Shown here: positions 1-12,300 of the stretch, piece after piece
Numbering within the stretch: position 1 is the first letter of the stretch
How the letters are laid out: each line of letters starts with the position of its first letter
Assembly: GCF_009914755.1 (NCBI RefSeq)
Contig: NC_060928.1
Reading direction: 5' to 3' (one strand)
From: the human T2T-CHM13v2.0 reference genome, Homo sapiens
DNA: 64,000 nt
Notes under the pieces: generated by a model
Told to the model about the DNA's origin: nothing
The model's database searches: none
Seen by the model: only the letters and a program-made list of their open reading frames with translations
Position numbers and translations under genes: made by a program

Positions 1-2133
1 TTCCACATATTCACTTTCATCCATAACTTGCTTCCCAACTGTAAGACACAAAACAGAAATCTTGGTTTTCCTCCCTGAAACTCTGAACATCCTTTCTCTT
101 TAACACTTCAAGAATCAGCACTATCCTCACCAATCTACTTGGGAAAAAAATTCTGGGAGTCATCTTTGACTTTTTTCTTTTCCTCACTCACTTCATTTTG
201 TTCTTAAGAGAGCTTACTTTCCAATGATGAAGGAAATGAGGGAGTGAGTCACACAAAGATTTGGGAAAGACATTCCAGGGAAAGAGAACAGAAAATTCAT
301 AGGCAAAGATGTTTTTAAAATATTTTGCTTACCAATATTTAGTTCAGTGTCTGTCACATAGTATGCAAAAATTGTTGAGTGAGTGGGCTAGTCAATTTTT
401 CTCAGACAAAATGATAAAATGTAGTTTTCTTAGCTTACTCAAAATTAAGACTAAAATGAATTTGGTGATTAATTTAGTTCTAGTTTAGTACCAAACCAGT
501 GTTCTTTAGTTGTATATATTACCTAAATACATACAAACTTATTCATGATAAGAACTATTTGTCACTCATTTTACTCTACTCAGGAGAGACTATCTGCCTT
601 TAACATACTAAGTGCTCAATAGATGTTTATTGAATAAAATAATTGGTCAATGAATTACACTTATGTTTACGTAACACTTTTGTATACAATCATACTTTTG
701 TTTTAAATAGAGAAATCATTATAATCAATACAAAGAATCCTGAAATTGCAGAGCCAAAAAGTATTTAATGATTGTATTATTCAACATCTTCACTTTAGGA
801 ATGAGAAAACAGTTTCATGGATCTCCTTTCTTTCTCAAGTTTTCATAGTTATTGTCAGACTAAGAAGAAAATTCAGGCTGCCTAATTTCTAGACAAAAGT
901 TCATGTCAATATTTTGCCAAATATTAATTTTTTTCTAAAGTTCAAACAAAGATGTATGAATATTCAGGAATCTTTTCTAAATGTTGAAAAATAAAAATCA
1001 GTTGTAACAGGGAAGCTTCAGTGAGGGTGATTTGTTTGGAGCTGCTATGAGATGCTAATTGTCTTAAATTATTATTGCCTGTGTTCATTATATTGAAAAT
1101 GAATACAGGAGATAAAAATAAATAAAATTGAGCATCTGGGAGCATAATAATGAATGTTAGGCAGTTGAAAATAAGTGAGTGCTTCATTGACCAAACTGAT
1201 TCATTTTGATAGTGTATACTAAAAAATATGACAGTAACAATTAAAGAGCATGGTGTAACCAATATATAATAAAAGAATTAAATGTGGGCAAGCAGTTACA
1301 TAGTAGGATGTAGCTATATGAATTAATTATTGTATTTTACATTCATACTTCTAAGAATGTGAACAGAAAGATGTGCTAGAAGGGAACCATAATAGGGTAA
1401 TCTTCCTGTCAGCCTTCTACCTTGAAGTCTTTCCTTCTAAAACTGAATCTATTTTTTCTCAAAACAATGCTGTCAACACATATAGTATCATCCCTAGTAC
1501 TGAGAAAAAACAAGACGATTTCTTGTAATGCAAAAGTTAAAACAGACAGAAACCTATGACTGTCAAAATGGTGAAACTTAATCAGCATTTAGTGGGACTG
1601 TTAGCCATGGTGGTTCTGAATTTAAACCTGGAAAAATTAAGATGTAATAAATAATTATTTGCAAGTGGGGGTAACATTAAAGATACATTGACTTTTTTTT
1701 AATTTGCGTTTTTTCTGAAGGTGACATTTTTCCTGGTCAAACCAAGACTTGGGTCTGAGATTGGGATTATGGCATATTTAGATTATAACCATAAAAGTAT
1801 AAAATAAAAAGTTAATAATAGGTATGTTCTAATATTCTTTGCAATATTTTGCTTCACAGCAATATGGTTAAAAGACAAGTTTTGTAGAAAACAGTAGAGA
1901 GCAAGTGTTTTCTAAGTGCCTTTAAAGAAGAGTCAGGACAGAAAAACTCAAATAAAATATAAATAGCATTTATAATAATAAAGATAGATAGACGATAGAG
2001 AGATAATATATGATATGCTTTTGACATATGAAGGTGACCAAAAGTTGAAACATAAAGCCTGACTCTTCTGTCTCTAGTGCATTGCCAGGAAAAGTTAGGG
2101 ATGGAGGCAGAGGGGGATCATTTAATTAGGCTC

Positions 2134-2562
2134 TGTCTTAGTCCATTTAGTGTTGCAATAAAGTAATACCTGAGGCTTGGTTATTTATAAAGAAAATAGG
2201 CTTATTTGGCTTATTGTGCTGCAGGCTGTACAAGAAGCATGGCACCAGAATCAGCTTTTGGTGAGGGCTTTGGGCTGCTTCCACTCATCGTGGAAGATGA
2301 AAGAGCAGCTGGTGTGTATGGAGATCATATGACCGGAGAGAAGAAAGGAGTGAAATCGGGGAAGCATCAGGCTCTTTTTAATAGCAACTTTCCCAGGAAC
2401 GAATAGAGTGAGAAATCACTCAACTCCCTCCCCTCAGGGCGTTAATCTATTCCTGAAGGGTCTGTTCCCGTCACTCAAACATCTTCCATTAGGCCTCACC
2501 TCCAACATTGAGAATCAAATTTCAAGATAAGATTTGAGGGGACAAATATCCAAAGAAGAGCA
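2134..2562 (-). mobile_element. MaLR solo LTR, MSTB-like
   Basis: Starts TGTCTTAGTCCATTTAGTGTTGC and ends GGGACAAATATCCAAA..AGCA, as in the reverse complement of MST LTRs. 5-bp TSD GGCTC (2129-2133) / GGTTC (2563-2567), one mismatch. Confidence 0.85.
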
Positions 2563-2995
2563 GGTTCTGATCTTGTGGCCACCGACTTTACAAGAGAAAG
2601 ATGTGTTGGATAGGTTAAAGGTAACCCGGAAAACAGGAGAGTGTCTGTTCACATTTGCATGTGAATTTTAGAAGGAAATTACCCCATACAGCCTATTCCT
2701 CCTTAACCTTGGGCTGTTGCTGTGTCAAGGTCAACAAAGAAATACAGCATGATAGGACAAAGAGCTGGAATTTCATTTTCCTAGGTCCCAAGTTGGGGCT
2801 TGGAGAGTATCTGAGTTTAATTTGTAAGCTTGCCATGGGACCCATGTAGTAGGGAATAAAGGAAATCTGCAGCAGAGGCCTGGAAAATCAGCTAGACCAG
2901 GCACCCAGTATAGAGTATAGCAAAGTCTCAAATACCTAAAATGTTATGAACACCTAAGCTGAGGCAAATCGACAAGGATACCTACGATATCCAAG

Positions 2996-3510
2996 TGTTG
3001 CGGGGCAATTCTCCAGGGCATTTCTACATATCTAGTGACAACTTTGGTCTGGGAATTTTTTTTTCAAGAATGTTTGACAGGAAATTGCCTGGGAGGCTGG
3101 AAATAGTGTCTCTTTCTGTAACAGATAGTAGATTTATTTCCTAACCAGTATCATTATATATAGAGAATGCCTGCTTTCCACCCTTGATTCTATTCCCAGG
3201 TTATAATAATATTTATCTTTGGAGGAGAGGATGGGCATGTTTGACAGAAGACCTCTTATTAAATTGGAAAGTTTCTAACCTCAGTGATTGTCAACAATAA
3301 AGCAGACCCTCATGTGTACAAATAAAACTAAGATTGCCTCAGTATTGGCCCCAGGAGACCTGGGAGAGGTATAGAACAGATGCAGACATAAAGCTCACAC
3401 TACTTTGCATTGAGTAACAAACTGTCTAAATCCATTGGAGCTAATTATTTTCTTACCAACTGAAACTATGGGAGTGTGGTGAGTGTCTTAGGGAGTACTT
3501 GACTGCTTGA
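2996..3510 (+). mobile_element. Old ERV solo LTR (LTR47-like; subfamily and 3' end uncertain)
   Basis: TGTTG..GGCAATTCTCCA start and TTTTCAAGAATGTTTG / ATAGTGTCTC motifs resemble the LTR47-group consensus as recalled. Confidence 0.5.
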
Positions 3511-4272
3511 AGCTAACCAAGCCAAAAGACCAAACCTGAAAATATACAAGCTGTAAATTTATCTACAAATGCCAGTATGACAAGTAGCAATCATACAGAT
3601 ATGAGATATTATCATGGAGACAAAAATATCTTCAGATGTTTACAGATCTAAGGACAACTCATTCTGCTACCATAAGCCCTGCTACTGTGAAGTCTTCCTC
3701 AAATAATGTTGTTACTGTGTAGTTGAGTAAAAAGTTGTTGAATTAATATGAGTTGTTATATCTGAGATCCCTGCAATTAAAGGTAAGTTCTGGACACTTA
3801 TTAGTTGATTACTATTTACAAGTTGCTTGGAGATTCACTGTTCTCCTCTGTAAGATGTGGTTAAAGAATACATAGCTCACAGAGTCATTGTAAACAACAG
3901 ATTTTTCAAGACAGCTATGGTATCTGTCGCCTTAGAGATTTTTTAAAAAATAAATTTGAATTTAAGCTGAAAAAAAAAAGATAAATTCTTAAGGTATAGT
4001 TAACCCAGCAACATGTACAATGATAATTATGTTCCTCTAATAATTAATTGTAAAAAATATTACAGAGTTAGCCTCCAGAAAGTGGATGCAAGCTTCTCTA
4101 TTTGAAGGACACAGGCTATTCTCAGAGACTAGTTGGTTATTGTCTCCTCAGTCCTTAGTGCAGTTCCTAGCACACAAGCAAGCCTCAACTGTATAAGGGA
4201 AAGTAATTGTGAAAGTAGGAATGGGCAGATTCCTGGTTAAATGATCAAGTGAAGGTTTTATGGTATTTTCTC

Positions 4273-4358
4273 TTTATTTAAAATAGTTTATCTACCTGCA
4301 GTGTAATGAGACAGTATTTATTTAAAATAGTTTATCTACCTGCAGTGTAATGAGACAG
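4273..4358. repeat. Direct tandem duplication, 42 bp x2 (period 44)
   Basis: TTTATTTAAAATAGTTTATCTACCTGCAGTGTAATGAGACAG occurs identically at 4273-4314 and 4317-4358. Confidence 0.97.
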
Positions 4359-4681
4359 CGTAATGAGAAGGGGTCCTTGGAAATACTCCAAATGACCTGC
4401 ACACTGGGAATGCACACTGGGGTGGACACACAGAAGTTCACACCCTTTGTACTGGGGAGGAACTGGCCCCTCCTCTTCTTGTGTGGAACCTGGGATTCAA
4501 ACAGTCAGGTGGGAAGTACTTTAGCAGGGATTCTGGCCTAGCGAGAGTCTCTGTTTCCCCCTTTTCTTCTTATAACTTAATAAAACCCTGTCTTACCATT
4601 CAAATTGTCTGGGCTTGAATTTTTGTGGCCATGGGACAAAGAACCCCATCTTTAGCTGAACTAAGGAAAAGTCCTGCAATA
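4351..4681 (+). mobile_element. ERV1 5' LTR, MER61 family
   Basis: TGAGACAG start, CACTGGGGTGG, GGCCCCTCCTCTTC, GGAACCTGGGATTCAA, AATAAA at ~4579 and the end GAAAAGTCCTGCAATA, followed by a PBS. Confidence 0.8.
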
Positions 4682-7600
4682 TTTTTTGGCGCCCAACGTG
4701 GGGCCCAGAAGCAGTGAGTGAAATACAAAACAAGAACTCTTTTTCCCTCTCCCTTCTAAGTTTTTTCATCCTGAGACTTCTAAGGTTAGGGGAAACATGC
4801 TTCCAACCCCTGTCACTCCTGGGGGTTGAGGGAAAGTCTCTTTCTTCCCTTTTTTGGTGATAGACAGGTCAGTAGGGGCTCTCTGCTTCCCTTCCCCTCC
4901 CTGCCAGAGCTGCGATGCATGTCCTAAGGGTCCCACAAAGCTGGTTCGCAACCACAAGCCAACACAGCCTTCCTGAGCCAAGGGATTCAGCTTTAACACA
5001 CAGTAATTAAACTAATCTCCCTGGTGGAGGAATCATTTGCATAAGAATAAGAGATTCTTCCCCAGGCATTTTTAAACTGTTTCTTTTTCAAGTTAAGTTT
5101 TAAAGTTTTTTATTCTTTTTAGAAAGCATTTTACTATGCCAGCCCTTCCTCAAACTATTACTGTTTTTATTTTCTGTAATGTTTTAATTGTGAAAAAGGA
5201 TTTGTTGGGCTGGTCTTGGGCTGTCACCAATCTGTTGTGCTTTGCATGTCTGTATGGTACCTAGCAAACTTCTAAGCTTCCATTTTGTTTTACATCCTGT
5301 GGTGTGGGTATGGCTGGTAACTCTGGTGGTTTGTTTAGCAATCCTGCCTTAGGGAATAAGTTTCTTTCTGATTTGATATCTGTATGTTTTCCTAGCCCTG
5401 TCTCTTAAAGGGCCTCACCCAGCAACTGGGTTTTCTCCTGCCTGTATGTGTGTGAGTATGTGACGTTTGTAAAAAGAGGTCTAATTAAATTAGCCTGAAA
5501 GGAAGACAAGTTATTGGGCAAAATATTTTTTAAAGGGAAGATAAAAACTGTGGTACCTTTCAGTTCATGTGACTTTAATCTTTGAGGAATAAAAACAGCC
5601 TTAAATATTATCGGTAGAAAGCAGATATCATCAAAATGTAAATAACTGAACTAAACTATGCATGTCAGAGTCAATGTTTGCTAGATGTTTTAAGGTTACA
5701 AACTCCTTTGGGGTTTTGAGAACTATTTGACTTGCTGGCTTTACAACTGGTAAGGCTTGGGGGCATATGGAAATTACCATGCCCTTAATTAAGAAGACAA
5801 AACTTGGCTGCACTTAGCACACCATGGAAACAACTTACAGGTTTTACATTAAAGTTAAAAATTGCTAGGAGTTACCATTATAACATGTAATTGAGATTAC
5901 TGAAAATAGATTTACATGCAAGGTGTGTAAGAACAGTAAATGTGTTTTTATAGTGAAAGGTTATAAGAAGTCATGTAAATGTAAACTTTGGCTTAGGGTT
6001 AAAGGATTGTTTTAAATTAGATAAGAAAAAGCTGAAGGTTCAAAGAAGTGGTGGAAGAATTGTGGAATATAGTCTTGTAGAAGAGGTTCTCTATGTGAAC
6101 ATATTAACTAAAATCAAAAGGGTATTATAAGTTTTTTTCTGTAAACTGAGCATTGAAATCAAAACACAACAAGGTATTCTTAAAATACTAATCTGCTGTT
6201 TGGCAAAATTTATAAAGGGTTATAAAAGTTTTTTGCTTCTTTAAAATTTCTGAGTCATCATTTTGGATAAATAATTTATGGTAATCTGGAATTCTATTTC
6301 ATAATATCGAGTGCTTTAAATATATTTAAAAGCCTTCCCAAAATCAAACTTCAGTTTCAAAATTGTCTTTCCTGACACCTGGCTTTTCAAATAGTCCAGA
6401 GGGCCACTGGAATGTCCAGAAAAGAGGTAAGCAGGATTATTTGACATGTTTATGTGTATGGGATTGACAAAATGATGTTCAATCTTCTTTATGATATATT
6501 TTTGTGAATAATATATGTTACAAAAATTGTATGAGACTTTCTAAAATTCTAATGTCTAAGTATATGCTACCAAACATAATTAAGCTTGTTATGTTAAGTT
6601 ATAGTAAGCCACGGAGATAATCAAACTTCTTTATCAATTGTCTTCCTAATTGCAATATTCTGTGAATAATTTTGGTATTCACAGAAAATTGTTGTCTTGT
6701 TTTAATCCTTTTCAAAAGATGGTGTATAATAAGTTATAGAACTGTAACAGGCACTCTCAAATACAGCATTCTGGTAACTTTGGAGACTGTGACATTGGAA
6801 TAAAGGAAAGTGTACAGGACTCATGAAGAGCTAAAATGTTCACGAATATCAAGCAAAACAAGAGTTAATGGACTGAACTGAGAAATCTGAAGCAACCATT
6901 TTGACTTTTGCTTGCAATACTGCTGATCCTTGATTTGTTTTTCAGAGTCAAGGAAACTTATTTTGAACTATTTACAGCCTTTAATAATTGAGTAAGTTAT
7001 TCTCCTGTGAACAAAATTTGGAGCATGTTTGTTTCTCTCTGCCTGGTTCCTCTAGAATTTGGAAACTCTGTGAGTATTCTTACGACAATATAGTTGTTCA
7101 CATCCATGCAATAAAAATCCATTTTTCTTTTGCAGCAGGACACAATTTAAAAAACTGATCATTTTGCAAAGGCTTTAACTGGAAGGGTATGCGTCCCTTT
7201 AAGGAGTCAATCTCGACTTGCAGAACCAATAAAAGCCCAGTGGGAAACTGGCCTCATAGCCTTGCCTACACAGTCCCTGTACAGGCTTCCTGACCTGTGG
7301 TCAGTGTGGAATGTCACTTTCTAAAAGCTTCAGGAGCTCCAAGTTTATGCTGGGATCTTAAGAAGAAAGGATCTCCCAACTCGCAGGTATTTGAGGATAC
7401 AAGTCTATGGCTGGGCTCAGATTTAAAAGGATTTATCTGAGATTGCTTGTGGAACACACTTCCATCAAAGTCAGTCCAAAGGCCTATGTAGAAATAATTA
7501 TTCTTGCTGCACTTTATGCAAATAATCAGGTCAAGTATAAGAATAAAGTCTATTTTGCAAACAACTCGGTCCTATGATGATTTTTTTCTTGACAAATATG

Positions 7601-8390
7601 AGAACTAGAGAGAGAGAAATTAAGTTTCAAAACCTACCATAGGTTTGTCATTATATTCTAAACTCATTAGTTGTTTTTAAGTTTTTACCTACATTTTAGA
7701 CTAAACCTGCTTGTTCTTGTGAACTAACCAGCACTCTCTGGCTCCAGCTTAGAACAAAAAAGAAGAGCAATGTAGAAATCTGGATCAACATTCTAGTTCT
7801 GAGCAATTATCCTGCAAATTCTGACAGGTGATGGGAATAAATAGGGTGCCCATCACCCAGACGTTTCCTTTTTGGGAAAGTAAGACCAAGGGAGCTAACC
7901 AAAGCCAAGCACCATGCATCCAAATCCTAGTAAGCATACTTAACAGCCATCAGTTATTTGGGTGTGTCACAAGACATCGATTTCTCTCTCTTGTTGGAGG
8001 AGGACTCAATTCCAAAGTTTCACCTTAGCGTTTGGCTTATAATAAAGAGTCCATGCAACCACCGCCGCCCCCTCCCCCCTCCCCACAAGACACATTTTTG
8101 TCGCAAACTCACTTCCAAGCTTCAGGTCAAAGCCCTTGGAAGGAAAAGTGGATCTGAGGGATCCAGAGGCAGATAATAACGGAAGTTAAAAGGCACTACG
8201 AAGGTGAGCGTGGCTGATTCCTGCTGATCAAGCCAATCCCAAGCTTCCTGTTTCATGAATAAAGGCCACGTTAGTATCCATGGCATAAATGAGGTCTAGT
8301 TAATCCAAGGCTACTGACAGCAGGGGAAACAGGGCATACGTGGGTAAGAGCAAATGATTCCCACCCCCTAGGCCCTCCTGCTTCATGGGT
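4682..8390 (+). mobile_element. ERV1 internal region (MER61-int / MER4-group, non-coding); no 3' LTR seen
   Basis: Follows the LTR and PBS. Contains long AT-rich MER4-group internal sequence (e.g. TTTTTCAGAGTCAAGGAAACTT, CAAGCTTCAGGTCAAAGCCC) with no long gag/pol ORF. Ends abruptly near 8390. Confidence 0.75.
4687..4704 (+). promoter_or_regulatory. Retroviral primer-binding site for tRNA-Lys(CUU) (Lys1,2)
   Basis: TGGCGCCCAACGTGGGGC is the exact complement of the 3' 18 nt of tRNA-Lys-CTT, 5 nt after the LTR end. Confidence 0.93.
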
Positions 8391-8439
8391 GAATGAATAT
8401 GATATATTTAATAATATCACTAGGAATTATGGGTGGCTT

Positions 8440-8620
8440 ACATTGTATCCAATATTGTACTATATACTTTGAAAATATTATCTAATTTCATTTTCACAAT
8501 AACCTCATAAAGTATCTATTCTGCTCATTTTTTTTAAAGATAAATATAATGAATCACAGAAAAGTTTAGTTACCACCCAAGACCACACTGCAAATGAACC
8601 TAAGGCTGGTATTGAGTTGA
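8440..8620 (-). mobile_element. MIR fragment
   Basis: ATTATCTAATTTCATTTTCACAATAACCTCAT...CCCAAGACCACAC resembles the MIR core. Confidence 0.5.
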
Positions 8621-8868
8621 CCTATTCTACTGATATTAGTAAAAAGAAAGAAAGATACAGAAAAATAGAGATAGAGGGAGAGACAGAGAAACAGAGACTA
8701 TCATTAGATGCACTAGAATGGAGCCCTTTATAACTGAATAACTTTTTAAATATTAGTTTTTTGAGCTAATAAAATTTTAGAATTGGGATATAACTAAATT
8801 TTTTTTTTCTGATTTTTTTTTCAATGAGAAAAATCAAGGCCAGGTGCAGTGAGGATTTGGAGAGAAAT

Positions 8869-8952
8869 TGTGTGTGTGTATGCATATATATATACATATA
8901 TATATATGTATATATATATATAATATATGTCCACAGACACACACACATACAC
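8869..8952. repeat. Compound (TG)n-(TA)n-(CA)n microsatellite
   Basis: Directly visible. Confidence 0.9.
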
Positions 8953-10084
8953 AAATATACACCCAAGTCATTCATTTCATTATATCACTCATCTTCCAAG
9001 TTATGAAATAAAGTAACATTGTAATTGAATTTTATATAATTGTTGTATATGGAAATACTGCATACATCTATACATAAACATATTATACGGATCTGCCATA
9101 GCAAATGAGGCAAATGCAAAATTGATTGAGATGCAGAAAATCCATTTTCTTAGAAATAGGTAACTTTTATTTATTCGGGGTTTAATTATCACTTCCTACA
9201 TGCAGCATACATATCACTAGACATTGGGAATAAAGGAAGAAATGATACATTTTCTGACATTAAAAACTTCTGGACTAAGAAGATAAAATGGGTTCATAAA
9301 TAATATTTTTGAAATTGTAATATATCTTAAGGAAGAAAAAGATAAAGCCTACTTTTCAGAGGAATTTAAAATCAACTCCCAATGTTATGAGGTTTTTATC
9401 CCAAAATAGAAACCAAATCAAATGCCTCAATCCATGTTAAAAATTAGACCAAACATTTGGAAAAGAATTACTCCGTATATTCAATACAATCCGTGAAGAG
9501 CAAAGTACATTGCTGTAACTTAATTTATTAAACCTCTTAGTATGGCAGATGTTATGTAAAATTATTCCTGGCCTGTTAGCATGTAAAGGTAACTAAACTT
9601 CCATAGCAAGCTTTTTTCTTTTTTTTTTTTTTTTTTTTAAGTGGTCAACATAGCTGTTGTATTTAATTTGTCTGTCCAGGGATTATGACAAAATAAAAGG
9701 ATTTTTTAAAAAATTTAACATTAAAGATGCTTCCTACTCTTGTAATTTTTAATATTTTAATATAGATACCAATTTTGCTTTATGTTTTATTGTAAATTAA
9801 TGTTCCATCATTTTTAATCACGTATAGTTGTCTTTTATGAGAATTATCAACATAGTAACATTTACACATCAATGCAGATATCAGTCTCAGAAAATACATT
9901 GATGTAAACTTTCAGTTGGTGATTACAGATTGAAAATCGTAATAAACTGAAATCTCCACTTCAATAAAATTCACTCTGGAGTAGAAAGTGTTACAAATTT
10001 GCAACTTTCTATGCATCACTCAGCAGGTAAATATATTTAAATCATTTCACCATATAGTATTTTTCCTATGAGGTAGTCTTAAAA

Positions 10085-12300
10085 ATTACTTATTCAACAG
10101 ATATTTAATGCATACATTCTGCATTCTAGGCACTTTAATAGGTACTTATACATGAACAAGATGGATAAAATATTGAGTCATATGTCTTATGAAAAATTTA
10201 ATTTTTAAGAAAAATATTTAAAAAGACTGATAAAATGTCTTCCAACAATAAACAGATAAACAGACAATTATACATAAGGGGGCAAAAGTCTTGCAGAAAG
10301 AAATAAGTTCAGGAAGGGGTAAAGTGTTACTTTTATTTTATACAATATGATCAAGGGAAGAACAGATAATAAGAAACTATTTTATCAGGAAAAAAGTATG
10401 AGAAAAATAGTGTGGAAACTTGGAGGAAGCGTATTTTAGGCAAAGATGCCCTAAGGCTGGAGGCCAAATGTTAGGAATGAGGAAAGACAGTTGTGGGAGG
10501 TGATGGTGTTCACATTATGTAGGTATTGTAGGCCATATAAAGATTTGGATTTTGCTTTGAGTGGAGTAGGTTTTGGCAAAAGGATGATATATACAGACTT
10601 ATATTTTGGGAGGATCATTTTAGTTGTCTTGTAGAACTGCCTATAAAGAGTAAGGCTAGCCAAGGTGGGTGGATCACGAGGTCAGGAGTTTGAGACCAGC
10701 CTGGCCAACATAGTGAAACCTCGTCTCTACTAAAAATACAAAAAATTAGTTGGGCGTGGTGGTGGGCGCCTATAATCCCAGCTCCTTGGGAGGCTGAGGC
10801 AGGAGAATTGCTTGATCCTGGGAGGCGAAGGTTGCAGTGAACTGAGATCACAGTCCAGTCTGGGCTACAGTGCAAGACTCCATCAAAAAAAAAAAAAAAA
10901 AAAAGAAGTAGGGTTAGAGTCTGGGAAACCAATCAAAAGGCGGTTACAGCTGTTTCATTGGGATATTACAGCAATCCCATTACAGCTTGAATCAAGAAAA
11001 TAGTAGCTTATATATTGAAGTCAATAAGATTAATGGTTGATTTCCTATGAGGCATTGTGATTAGAGACAATAATGTAGAGTTTTCCATAAAGTTGCGAAT
11101 CATAAATGGAACAATAATTGGGGTTAAGAAAGATTTCTTCTTTCTTTCTTAAAACGGGACATATCAGAGACAATTTGTATGTGCTTGGGAAATGATCCAG
11201 TAAAAAATTAAAAAAAATATGATTCAGGAATATTCAGGAATGTAAGTGAGAATTGATAGTGAAATATCCTTGTTAAAGGAAGTTGAAATAGAACCTAGGG
11301 CAGAAAGGAAGGATGGACCTTAGATTAGAACAAGGATGGTCCATCTATTGCAGTAAGACTGAAGCTATGGATTCAGAGAATAGTTGTTTTAGTATGCCGT
11401 TTTGGATACTTTTTTTCTGAAAGTTTGTATTTTCTGAAAGAAATAGAATCAATATCATTAGCTGACAGTGATGGATGTGATGTTAGAAGTGTGATGAGAG
11501 GAAAGGTGTGAAATAGTTATGTAGAGAGAAGAAAACTGAACAGCTAAGGAAATGAAGTCACGTTGTTAAACAACACTAACATTTCACCAATGATTACTAA
11601 TTAGGAGTAAAGTGAGGTGGGTTGACATAATTATGAGTTTTCTTCCGACCACGTTTACCTTTTAAGTTCAGAAGAAAAGCACATGGAGAGATGGTTATGG
11701 CCATAGTCAGAGATTTGTCTAGTAAGTATAAGACAAGAGGAGAGGAATATGGATAAAATTATCTGCAAAGAAGCAATTACATTAATAGACTATGCATGGA
11801 ATCTATGCCAGGTAAAAATAAAAGTGACAACACGAGGGCATGAGGGACATTAAAATATTGAATTAATGTAGGGAAGGTCCCTGTAGAGTGAGAGGAAATT
11901 GGAGCCGAGGTTCAAGAAGAAAGGTAAAAAAATTGCAGAGGTATTTTAAAAATAAAATGCTTGAAAATAAGATGACAGAAAGGGTGTAATTATTTGTAAT
12001 GACAAGGTTATAGTCTATATGGAAATCAAAATGATTAATCATTATGACAAGAATAGTATCAGAGAACGTGAGAGTAAACTAGGTTTTGAAATAGCCAGAC
12101 AGAGGCAGTGCCTTTGGGAGTCCATAGTTGTTGTTAAATGAGCAATAGTGGATAATATCCGATGGCCTGTGCTTCAAGGGTGGAATTTTTGTGTGTAAGA
12201 GGCAGAAAATTGTTCCTTCTAGGGAGAAGCAAGCATGATGCATATTGGAGGCTTCCATGTCATCTCCAAGCCTAGTGATATGAGGACTGTGGGAGAGTAG
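10085..12300 (-). mobile_element. Degraded L2 fragments (interrupted by an Alu)
   Basis: TATTCAACAGATATTTA..CTAGGCACT resembles the L2 3' end, followed by purine-rich L2-like sequence. Boundaries approximate. Confidence 0.45.
10659..10904 (+). mobile_element. Alu (AluSg-like), 5'-truncated
   Basis: GGATCACGAGGTCAGGAGTT diagnostic and an A20 tail. Degenerate TSD AAGAGTAAGGCTA / AAGAAGTAGGGTTA. Confidence 0.93.

Noticed and set aside
942-1262. 106-aa ORF and similar ORFs in unique AT-rich sequence (e.g. 23041-23617, 58334-58675)
   Set aside because: Low-complexity F/I/L-rich translations with no recognisable domain or splice structure.
4390-4425. Possible p53 response element, known in some MER61 subfamilies
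   Set aside because: No RRRCWWGYYY pair is visible in this copy.
10615-11003. Alu-overlapping ORFs (also at 14720, 36175, 37276, 54030, 57935 and 60923)
   Set aside because: Standard Alu sense/antisense translation artefacts.
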